A stretch of 20,000 bases of DNA, from the IMG/VR virus record IMGVR_UViG_3300006922_000015; one strand, given 5' to 3'. Position numbers and translations under genes: made by a program. Positions 8,248-15,936 of this stretch are shown here, one piece after another. The notes beneath the pieces were generated by a model. That model ran no database searches. It worked only from the letters and a program-made list of their open reading frames with translations, and had not been told where the DNA came from. Origin of the DNA: an uncultured virus (IMG/VR IMGVR_UViG_3300006922_000015) (taxonomy: Duplodnaviria; Heunggongvirae; Uroviricota; Caudoviricetes). The number at the start of each line of letters is the position of its first letter. Within the stretch, counting starts at the first letter, position 1.

Positions 8248-9366
8248 ATGGCTAATTCGTTAAACGAGAAATTTGAGGACTTTGCATCAAAGAATTTTGA
8301 TGCTGATACCGTTACAGAAATGAAGAATGCTGTAAATGCTGGTGCAGCTCCAGCAGAAGGTACAAATCTTCCTAGTGCATCAGGTGCTGAAGTTGCAGTT
8401 GCTAACGTAGAACCAATGGCTGCCGGTTCTTCGGAAGGTCACTCAGGCAAGTTTGAAAACTCTGGCGCTAAAGCTGCTGCCGCTGTTAAGAAGTCTAAGA
8501 CTGCAGTTAACTCGGGTGAAGGCAAGCAAGATCCTATGCCTAAATTAGAAGGTGGTAAGGATATGTCTGGTAAGAGTACCAGTCGTGGTGGCGGGGACGC
8601 AATGCCTTCTCTTAAGAAAGAAGGTGCTGTTGATGAAACCAAAGAAGTTCTAGAAACAGTTGATGTTTCTGCTGACATTGACGCTCTTGTCAATGGCGAG
8701 GAACTTTCAGAAGGTTTTAAAGAAAAAGCAACAACAATCTTCACTGCTGCTGTTACTTCTAAAATCACAGAAGAAACAACACGTTTGGAAGAAAAGTATG
8801 CCGCTCAGTTAAATGAGCAAATTGACGTGATCAAGGAAGAGATGACCTCTAAGGTTGACTCATTCTTGAATTATATTGTAGAACAATGGATTAGCGATAA
8901 CAAGCTCGCAATTGACGAAGGTATTCGTACCGAGATTGCCGAGTCATTTATGTCTGCTCTGAAGGGTGTGTTCACTGAACACTACATGGAAATCCCTGAA
9001 GAGAAGTACAACATGGTTGAGGGGATGACTAACAAACTAGATGAGATGGAGACAAAACTCAACGAACAAATTGAAAAAAATGTGGAATTAAACTCTGCTC
9101 TGGGAGAATTCGTAAAAGAATCTATCGTTGTAGAAGTATCCCAAGGTTTAGCAGATACTCAGAAAGAAAAACTCTCCTCACTTGCTGAGGGTGTAGAGTT
9201 CACCGCTGAGGAAACATATCGTGAAAAGATTGAGACTATTAAGGAAAACTATTTCCCCAAGGCTCAAGTCAACGAAAGCGTAGAAGCATCTGAGCCCGTT
9301 GTTGAGAAGGAAGTTCCTGCTCACATGGCTTCTTATGTTGACGCAATCGCTCGTTATACTAAGTGA
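8248..9366 (+). CDS. gp22: Prohead core scaffolding protein
   Basis: LSEGFKEKATTIFTAAV, VDSFLNYIVEQW and IKENYF motifs; acidic coiled-coil character; sits between g21 and g23. Confidence 0.93.
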   Translation: MANSLNEKFEDFASKNFDADTVTEMKNAVNAGAAPAEGTNLPSASGAEVAVANVEPMAAGSSEGHSGKFENSGAKAAAAVKKSKTAVNSGEGKQDPMPKLEGGKDMSGKSTSRGGGDAMPSLKKEGAVDETKEVLETVDVSADIDALVNGEELSEGFKEKATTIFTAAVTSKITEETTRLEEKYAAQLNEQIDVIKEEMTSKVDSFLNYIVEQWISDNKLAIDEGIRTEIAESFMSALKGVFTEHYMEIPEEKYNMVEGMTNKLDEMETKLNEQIEKNVELNSALGEFVKESIVVEVSQGLADTQKEKLSSLAEGVEFTAEETYREKIETIKENYFPKAQVNESVEASEPVVEKEVPAHMASYVDAIARYTK

Positions 9367-9374
9367 TTTAAAAT

Positions 9375-9382
9375 TATAAATA
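9375..9382 (+). promoter_or_regulatory. Late promoter for g23, perfect T4 consensus
   Basis: TATAAATA exactly, with an AGGAG RBS before the ATG at 9423. Confidence 0.9.
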
Positions 9383-9422
9383 AATTATAGTTCACAACTA
9401 ACAAAACTTTTAGGAGCACCTA

Positions 9423-10775
9423 ATGTTCAATACCGAACAACTCCAAGAGAAGTGGGCACCTGTTCTGTCTCATGGCGATCTCCCCGAGATCAAAGATAGT
9501 TACAAGAAAGCCGTTACTTCACAATTACTGGAGAACCAAGAAAAATTCCTCCGTGAGGAGAGAATGTTGACCGAAGCGCCTACAAACGCTGGTCCTATCA
9601 ATACTGCTACAACTGGTAGTGGCAACATCCAAGGCTTTGATCCCGTACTGATCTCACTGATCCGTCGTTCAATGCCTAACCTGATCGCCTATGACATTTG
9701 TGGCGTTCAACCCATGAATGGTCCTACTGGACTGATCTTCGCAATGCGCTCACGTTACGAGTCACAGACTGGTACTGAGACATTCTTCAATGAAGTCAAC
9801 CAAGCATGGTCTGGCACCGCTTATGATAGCGGCAACTCTGCTGGTGGTACTGCACAAACCGGAACTAACCCTGCCGTTCTTAACGACAGTGGTACTTACA
9901 CTTCTGGTGCTGGCATGGCATCGACCGCCGCTGAAGCACTTGGCGAAGCAGCATCTGCTGTATTCCCCGAGATGGCATTCTCGATCGAGAAGATCGCCGT
10001 TACTGCTAAGTCACGCGCCCTGAAAGCTGAGTACAGCTTGGAACTGGCACAAGACCTTAAGGCAATCCACGGTCTTGACGCTGAGACTGAACTTGCTAAC
10101 ATCCTTTCTGCTGAGATCCTTACGGAAATCAACAGAGAAGTCGTTCGCACAGTCTTCCGTTCCGCTAAGCCTGGTGCTCAACAGAACACCGCATCACAAG
10201 GAACCTTCGACCTCGACGTTGATAGCAACGGTCGTTGGAGCGTTGAGAAGTTCAAAGGTCTTCTTTTCCAAATTGAGCGTGAAATGAACGCCATCGCGAA
10301 AGAGACTCGTAGAGGGAAGGGCAACATGCTCATCTGTTCTTCAGATGTTGCTTCTGCTCTGTCAATGGCTGGAGTCCTCGACTACAACCCTGCCCTTAAC
10401 ACTGGTCTTAATGTTGATGACACCGGTAGCACCTTCGTTGGTACGCTGAACGGACGCATCCGCGTTTACATCGATCCTTATTCGGCACTTCCTTCTGAGG
10501 GCGCTAACGCTGCTCAGTTCTTCATCGCTGGATACAAAGGTACATCAGCATATGATGCTGGTCTGTTCTATTGCCCTTACGTTCCTCTTCAGATGGTTCG
10601 TGCAATTGGTCCTGACACCTTCCAGCCCAAAATCGGATTTAAGACACGCTACGGCATGGTTCTTAATCCCTTCGCTAAGGGTGACACTGCCCTTTCCGAT
10701 TCCGATCCAGTCGCCGCTGGCAACGTCAACACCAACGTCTACTACAGACGTGTACGTGTTACCAACCTTATGTGA
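9423..10775 (+). CDS. gp23: Major capsid protein
   Basis: LQEKWAPVL, DICGVQPMNGPTGLIFAMRS, AKSRALKAEYSLELAQDLKAIHGLDAE, YCPYVPLQM and FQPKIGFKTRYG. LTE|A is a likely gp21 cleavage site. Confidence 0.98.
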   Translation: MFNTEQLQEKWAPVLSHGDLPEIKDSYKKAVTSQLLENQEKFLREERMLTEAPTNAGPINTATTGSGNIQGFDPVLISLIRRSMPNLIAYDICGVQPMNGPTGLIFAMRSRYESQTGTETFFNEVNQAWSGTAYDSGNSAGGTAQTGTNPAVLNDSGTYTSGAGMASTAAEALGEAASAVFPEMAFSIEKIAVTAKSRALKAEYSLELAQDLKAIHGLDAETELANILSAEILTEINREVVRTVFRSAKPGAQQNTASQGTFDLDVDSNGRWSVEKFKGLLFQIEREMNAIAKETRRGKGNMLICSSDVASALSMAGVLDYNPALNTGLNVDDTGSTFVGTLNGRIRVYIDPYSALPSEGANAAQFFIAGYKGTSAYDAGLFYCPYVPLQMVRAIGPDTFQPKIGFKTRYGMVLNPFAKGDTALSDSDPVAAGNVNTNVYYRRVRVTNLM

Positions 10776-10798
10776 TACAACCTCACACAGGTTCACAC

Positions 10799-10823
10799 AG
10801 ACCCCTTACAGGGGTCTTTTTTT
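10799..10823 (+). terminator. Rho-independent terminator after g23
   Basis: AGACCCCT-TAC-AGGGGTCT stem-loop followed by a T run. Confidence 0.9.
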
Positions 10824-10965
10824 ATGGGTATATATTCGTAGGCATAAATTTTTATTTCCTAATTGTGCTGAAACGAACATTTTTATATACATACTAGTAG
10901 AATTGTTAGGTAACCAATGAACCCTTCTCTTTGATTATGTTTTTTGAAAATTACATGGAGGCACA

Positions 10966-11139
10966 ATGCACAATCTATTATCTAGAGGTCAACTATCTGA
11001 ATGGAAACATTTTGAAAAATCAGTAGATCGAGCGGAGGTAGAATATCAAAAACTCAATGACTATTATGAGTGTTTAATCGAATGCGATTCACTAAATCAA
11101 AGTAAATGCAAACGAGTATGTAGAACAATTTTAAACTAA
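10966..11139 (+). CDS. 57-aa Cys-rich small protein (absent from the ORF track)
   Basis: Manual translation gives MHNLLSRGQLSEWKHFEKSVDRAEVEYQKLNDYYECLIECDSLNQSKCKRVCRTILN*. It has a strong GGAGG RBS 5 nt upstream, a Cx3C-x7-Cx3C motif, and a terminator directly downstream. Confidence 0.85.
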   Translation: MHNLLSRGQLSEWKHFEKSVDRAEVEYQKLNDYYECLIECDSLNQSKCKRVCRTILN

Positions 11140-11149
11140 AGAAATATAG

Positions 11150-11174
11150 AAGACCCCGCAAGGGGTCTTTTTTT
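11150..11174 (+). terminator. Rho-independent terminator with a GNRA tetraloop
   Basis: AAGACCCC-GCAA-GGGGTCTT followed by a T run. Confidence 0.9.
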
Positions 11175-11176
11175 AT

Positions 11177-11183
11177 CTAAATA
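11177..11183 (+). promoter_or_regulatory. Late promoter variant (CTAAATA) for g3
   Basis: Immediately after the terminator, with an AAGGT RBS before the ATG at 11205. Confidence 0.7.
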
Positions 11184-11204
11184 TTTAAAAGGTATATTAC
11201 GAAA

Positions 11205-11720
11205 ATGACCCAGGCAAATTGGTTGGTTGATAAAATTGATAATGCAAATTATCTGGCACCTCAAGGATTTAAACTATCGGTTTTAAAATTTCCTAAGGTA
11301 TCATTTTTGTGTCAATCAGTTGATATCCCTGGCATAAGAATTACTGACATTACAGTACCCAATCCTTTCCGAGACTATTCGATTGCAGGAACTGAAACAG
11401 AATTTGAAGATCTGACAGTTAAGTTTTTGATTGATGAAGATATGTCAAACTATGCCACTATTCATAAGTGGTTGAAGAAGACTGGTTTGGCAGAACAGTA
11501 TGACACAGATAAAGATCCGATCGAAGGTCAGATTGTATTAGAAATTTTAAATAGTAATTGGCAATCCAATCTTGTAATTGAATATGATGATGCATGGCCT
11601 GTATCATTATCACCTGTAGTATTCGATTCTACTGAGACTGGAGTACAATATGTTACCGCAACAGTTACCTTTAAATATCTCATATATAGAATTAAGTATG
11701 ATGGTACAGTGATTAGTTAA
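11205..11720 (+). CDS. gp3: Tail completion / tube terminator protein
   Basis: NYLAPQGFK, FLCQSVDIPG, FLIDEDMSNY and WPVSLS motifs; position downstream of g23 and upstream of uvsY, as in cyanophages. Confidence 0.85.
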   Translation: MTQANWLVDKIDNANYLAPQGFKLSVLKFPKVSFLCQSVDIPGIRITDITVPNPFRDYSIAGTETEFEDLTVKFLIDEDMSNYATIHKWLKKTGLAEQYDTDKDPIEGQIVLEILNSNWQSNLVIEYDDAWPVSLSPVVFDSTETGVQYVTATVTFKYLIYRIKYDGTVIS

Positions 11721-12148
11721 TGACTTTTGATGAAATCCAAGCGATGTGGGAACAGGATGCAAAAATTGATCCTGTCGAATTAGATACTGCCTCACTCAGT
11801 ATTCCACAACTACATTCAAAATATTTTAAAATTTTTTCAGAGTACAGATTTAAAAAGAAACAAGCAGCAGGAAACTTAAAGCAACTCACTCGCCGCAAGT
11901 TTGAATATTATTCAGGTAAAGGAGACCCAGAAGATTATAGGGAAAATCCGTTTGACCTAAAACTTCTTAAATCAGATTTGACAATGTATATCGAATCTGA
12001 TCCTCACATCAAAGATTTACAATTAAAGATAGATATGTACGATATTATTATCGAATATCTTGAGAGTGTTATCAGAATGATAAACACTAGATCATATCAA
12101 ATTAAAAACGCCATTGAATGGAAATCATTTATTGAGGGTATTAGGTAA
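11720..12148 (+). CDS. uvsY: Recombination mediator UvsY
   Basis: IPQLHSKY, EYYSGK and RSYQIKNAIEWKSF motifs; adjacent to uvsW. Confidence 0.9.
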   Translation: MTFDEIQAMWEQDAKIDPVELDTASLSIPQLHSKYFKIFSEYRFKKKQAAGNLKQLTRRKFEYYSGKGDPEDYRENPFDLKLLKSDLTMYIESDPHIKDLQLKIDMYDIIIEYLESVIRMINTRSYQIKNAIEWKSFIEGIR

Positions 12149-13620
12149 TGGCAGACATTGTTATCAGCAAAAGAAATGAAGTCTATCTTCAGATTGATTG
12201 CGAACCATATATTAAACAGGAACTGAGTGAGTATTTTACTTTTGAAGTTCCTGACGCAAAGTTCATGCCACAGTTTAAGAATAGAATGTGGGATGGAAAA
12301 ATTCGTTTGTTTAGTCCTGGTAACGGTCAACTTTATATCGGACTTCTTACATACTTGTTTGAATGGGCGGATGAACGAGAGTATACTTGTTCTCTAAAAG
12401 AAAATGAATACTACGGTAAACCTACTGAACGTGATCCTGATATTCTGCCAGAGACAGTAAGGGAGTATCTAAACTATCTCACTGAAGGAACTGCGATTAA
12501 ACCCAGGGACTATCAGTATAATGCTGTATTCAAAGCACTGAGAAATTATAGAAAGATCATCCTATCACCTACAGGGTCCGGCAAATCTTTTATGATCTAT
12601 GCACTAGTGAGATTTTTCACTGCTGCTAATCTTAAAACTTTAATTATCGTTCCTAGCATATCACTAGTCACACAGTTATTCAAAGACTTTGAAGACTATG
12701 GATGGAACCCTGAAGAGTATTGCCATAAGATATATCAAGGTGAAGCGAAAGTATCTGATGCTCCTGTAGTCATTACTACATGGCAGTCCATCTATAAACT
12801 TCCTAAGAAATACTTTGACTCATATACTGCTGTGATCGGAGACGAATGCCATACATTCAAAGCAAAGTCCCTTACCAGTATCATGACTAAACTTCATGAG
12901 GCTAAGTATCGCATCGGTTTTACAGGAACTTTAGATGGAACTAAAACACATCGTCTAGTATTAGAAGGGTTGTTCGGTGTCTCAGATAGAGTTACCAGTA
13001 CAACTGAGTTAATGCAACGCGATCAGTTGACGCAACTTAAAATTAAAATTCTTACACTCAAACATGAATCGTATAAGTTTGCGAACTATCAAGATGAGAT
13101 AGAATACATTGTAACACATGATAAAAGAAATGTATTCATTAAAAATTTAGTATCTGATCTACAAGGAAATACCTTAGTGTTATTTAATTATGTCGAAAAA
13201 CATGGTGAACCACTTTTTGATTTGATAAATAATAGCATAGGAGATACCAAGAAAGTTTTCTTTGTTCATGGTGGTGTGGAAGCATCTGAACGTGAGAACA
13301 TTAGACAGTTAGCAGAGGTAAATGATAACTGCGTTATCATTGCTTCCTACGGAACCTTCTCTACTGGTATCAACATTAAAAATCTACATAACATTATTTT
13401 TGCTTCTCCCAGCAAATCTAGGATTAGAAATCTACAATCGATTGGTAGAGTTCTGCGTAAAGGAGATAACAAATCACAAGCAGTACTTTATGACATTGCA
13501 GATGATTTTTCTAGAGGAAGTTATATCAACTATACTCTTAATCATTTAAAGGAAAGAATTAAAGTTTACAATGAGGAGCAATTTAATTATGAGATCATCC
13601 CCGTAAACATAAAAAAATGA
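12148..13620 (+). CDS. uvsW: SF2 helicase UvsW
   Basis: WDGKIRLF, Walker A SPTGSGKS, DECH box, GFTGT and QSIGRVLR. Confidence 0.96.
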   Translation: MADIVISKRNEVYLQIDCEPYIKQELSEYFTFEVPDAKFMPQFKNRMWDGKIRLFSPGNGQLYIGLLTYLFEWADEREYTCSLKENEYYGKPTERDPDILPETVREYLNYLTEGTAIKPRDYQYNAVFKALRNYRKIILSPTGSGKSFMIYALVRFFTAANLKTLIIVPSISLVTQLFKDFEDYGWNPEEYCHKIYQGEAKVSDAPVVITTWQSIYKLPKKYFDSYTAVIGDECHTFKAKSLTSIMTKLHEAKYRIGFTGTLDGTKTHRLVLEGLFGVSDRVTSTTELMQRDQLTQLKIKILTLKHESYKFANYQDEIEYIVTHDKRNVFIKNLVSDLQGNTLVLFNYVEKHGEPLFDLINNSIGDTKKVFFVHGGVEASERENIRQLAEVNDNCVIIASYGTFSTGINIKNLHNIIFASPSKSRIRNLQSIGRVLRKGDNKSQAVLYDIADDFSRGSYINYTLNHLKERIKVYNEEQFNYEIIPVNIKK

Positions 13621-14030
13621 ATGATAAATTCTTCGCCTCAATCAAATTAATGACTGGAGAAGAAATTGTCGCTTTTGTTGAAGTTCATGATGAAGGTCTA
13701 ATAGTCAGTAATCCTTTACTGCTAGAAGACATGAGTGCTTTAGAAGATCTATTTGAAGATGTGAAAGCATCTGGATTAAAATTATCTAAGTGGATTAAAT
13801 CAACAACAGACAATTTCTTTTTTATAGATGATACTAAAATTGTAACTATTAACGAACTTATTGAACCTGGACTTTCTCATTATAAGAAAGCAGTTAATGA
13901 AATTAACACTCATGAAAAAGAGTTTACCAACAAAATTAATAAAAGATCAACGCAAAAAAAATATCAAGGGTATCGCGCATCAGTTGATGATGCTAGAATA
14001 TTGTTTGAAGATCTATTCAATAAGTATTAA
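13617..14030 (+). CDS. Conserved hypothetical protein, possibly Sm-like fold
   Basis: N-terminal ASIKLMTGEEIVAFV motif; ATGA overlap with uvsW. Confidence 0.75.
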   Translation: MNDKFFASIKLMTGEEIVAFVEVHDEGLIVSNPLLLEDMSALEDLFEDVKASGLKLSKWIKSTTDNFFFIDDTKIVTINELIEPGLSHYKKAVNEINTHEKEFTNKINKRSTQKKYQGYRASVDDARILFEDLFNKY

Positions 14031-14062
14031 AGCTACTCTGTCTCTTGAACCCTTACAGAGTT

Positions 14063-14091
14063 ATTCTACAGATAAAACCTAATGTTGTCAA
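14063..14091 (-). promoter_or_regulatory. Sigma70-type promoter, leftward (antisense to ORF 13617 and uvsW)
   Basis: The minus strand reads TTGACA (14091-14086), 17 nt, TAGAAT (14068-14063). Confidence 0.7.
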
Positions 14092-14112
14092 GCTCTTAAA
14101 GTATGTTATAAT
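14085..14112 (+). promoter_or_regulatory. Sigma70-type promoter for g55
   Basis: TTGTCA (14085-14090), 16 nt, then TATAAT (14107-14112) with an extended TGn. Confidence 0.75.
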
Positions 14113-14147
14113 ATAAGTACAAATAGTAATAGGACACATGTGTCAAA

Positions 14148-14624
14148 ATGAGAATCAAAAAGAAGCCAGAACATTATGTAGATAATAAAGAGTTCTTGAG
14201 GGCACTCTCTGATTACAAATACCTGGTAAAAAAAGCCTTGACAGAAGAGACCGATCGCCCTAGGATACCGAATTACATTGGTGAGTGCTTCTTGAAGATC
14301 GCACAGCATCTGTCCTACCGTCCTAACTTCATCAACTATCCTTTCCGTGAGGATATGATTTCAGATGGTATTGAGAACTGTGTTCAGTACATCGATAACT
14401 TTGATCCTAACCGTGGTAATCCTTTTGCATACTTTACTCAGATTATTTACTATGCATTCTTGAGAAGAATTCAAAAAGAAAAGAAGCAACTAGAAATTAA
14501 AAGCAAAATTCTTGAGCGTTCTGGATACGATGAAGTTCTCCACGCTGATAAGAATGAACTGAATTACTCCTCTTCAGAATACAATAGTATCAAACAGAAC
14601 ATCGAGCAGAAAACTAGAAAATGA
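14148..14624 (+). CDS. gp55: Late-transcription sigma factor
   Basis: HYVDNKEF, YIGECFLKIA, YRPNFINY, MISDGIENC and NPFAYFTQIIYYAFLRRI. Confidence 0.96.
   Translation: MRIKKKPEHYVDNKEFLRALSDYKYLVKKALTEETDRPRIPNYIGECFLKIAQHLSYRPNFINYPFREDMISDGIENCVQYIDNFDPNRGNPFAYFTQIIYYAFLRRIQKEKKQLEIKSKILERSGYDEVLHADKNELNYSSSEYNSIKQNIEQKTRK
14238..14266 (+). promoter_or_regulatory. Sigma70-type promoter embedded in g55
   Basis: An A-tract followed by TTGACA, 17 nt, TAGGAT. Confidence 0.55.
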
Positions 14625-15667
14625 AAGTTGCCCTGATTACTGATACTCACTATGGATTTAAGAAAGGTAATCAAGACTACCATGATTACTTTCTCAAATT
14701 TTATAATGATGTTTTCTTTCCTACATTAAAGAAGAAAAAAATTAAGCACGTCATCCACTTGGGTGATGTGTTTGATATCCGTCGTAACATAGATTTCTGG
14801 TCTCTTAATTGGGCGAGAGATAATATTTTCAATCCTCTAGAGGAGATGGGTATTACTATGGATATGATGGTCGGTAATCATGATGCCTTCTACAAGAACA
14901 CTCTGGAGATCAACTCGCTAGAGAGTTTACTTCAGGAGTATTCTAACCTAAATGTATATTCAGAACCCTCTGAGGTCATTCTGGACGGGCGTAAGATGGT
15001 TTATCTGCCATGGATATGTGATCAGAACGAAGAGCAGAGTGTTAGTATCCTACGTGACACAGATGCTGAAGTAGTCTTAGGTCATTTAGAGATGGAAGGA
15101 TTTAAAACTAATCCTACTTATGTCTGTAATCATGGTCGTAGCACTAATGAGTTTTCTAAATTTGAACTGGTAATGTCCGGTCATTTTCATACTAAGAGTC
15201 AGAAAGGAAACTTTAAGTATCTTGGAAACTCTTATCAGATGTACTGGAATGATTATGCTGATGAACGTGGATTTCATATCTTTGATACTGAAACTTTAAA
15301 GTTACAGTATATTAAAAATCCTTACGAAATGTTTCATAAAATATTTTATGATGATACTAAGAATGAATATTATGACTTGGATGTTGAAAAATATAAAGAT
15401 ACTGTAGTAAAAGTTGTTGTAGAAAATAAAACAGATTACACTGCGTTTGATTATCTTATCAATTCTTTACAGGATGTCACATTAGATCTTAAGATTATTG
15501 AAGACTTTTCTACTGAGGAAAGTGATGATGAAGACATTCAATTGGAACATGAGGATACTTTAACTATTCTGGAAAAATATATTGAAGAACTTAATACGAA
15601 TTTGGATAGTGGTAAATTGAAAGAAATTATGAAATCTCTTTACGTGGAGGCACTAGAGGTGGTATAA
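14621..15667 (+). CDS. gp47: Recombination endonuclease subunit (Mre11/SbcD-like)
   Basis: Metallophosphoesterase motifs DTHYG, LGD, GNHD and SGHFH. Confidence 0.95.
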   Translation: MKVALITDTHYGFKKGNQDYHDYFLKFYNDVFFPTLKKKKIKHVIHLGDVFDIRRNIDFWSLNWARDNIFNPLEEMGITMDMMVGNHDAFYKNTLEINSLESLLQEYSNLNVYSEPSEVILDGRKMVYLPWICDQNEEQSVSILRDTDAEVVLGHLEMEGFKTNPTYVCNHGRSTNEFSKFELVMSGHFHTKSQKGNFKYLGNSYQMYWNDYADERGFHIFDTETLKLQYIKNPYEMFHKIFYDDTKNEYYDLDVEKYKDTVVKVVVENKTDYTAFDYLINSLQDVTLDLKIIEDFSTEESDDEDIQLEHEDTLTILEKYIEELNTNLDSGKLKEIMKSLYVEALEVV

Positions 15668-15936
15668 TGTATATACTGTGTCTTAAAGGAAAGGAAACCG
15701 AAGGAGCATATGCTGTTTCAAACAGTAAGAATGAAAGAGTTCTTCTGCTCTTCAGCGAAAAGGAAGATGCTGAACGATTTGCCGTTCTGCTTGAGGCAGA
15801 TGATTTCCCATCAATGTCTCCAGTTGAGGTAGACAGCGAATCAATGATTGAGATGTGCGATAGCACAGGTTACAAATATACTGTTGTTGCTCCAAACGAA
15901 CTGATTATTCCACCATCCCACCATGATTATTTTTGA
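15667..15936 (+). CDS. Hypothetical protein resembling cyanobacterial DUF3110
   Basis: The LLFSEKEDAERFAVLLEADDFP segment resembles the DUF3110 core as recalled (not searched). It has a GAGGT RBS and a TAATG overlap with g47. Confidence 0.65.
   Translation: MYILCLKGKETEGAYAVSNSKNERVLLLFSEKEDAERFAVLLEADDFPSMSPVEVDSESMIEMCDSTGYKYTVVAPNELIIPPSHHDYF

Noticed and set aside
10771..10787. TGTGA-N7-TCACA, CRP-like site
   Set aside because: The spacer is 7 rather than 6, it overlaps the g23 stop, and it is better explained as RNA structure.
10552..10920. 122-aa +1-frame ORF overlapping the g23 end
   Set aside because: It runs through a strong terminator and has no RBS. Other +1 shadows in g23 (9790, 10075) show this pattern is background.
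10776..11204. Absence of g24 (head vertex) after g23
   Set aside because: Normal for T4-like cyanophages; not novel.
14106..14309. 67-aa minus-strand ORF opposite g55
   Set aside because: It lies upstream of the leftward promoter and so cannot be its product; no RBS.
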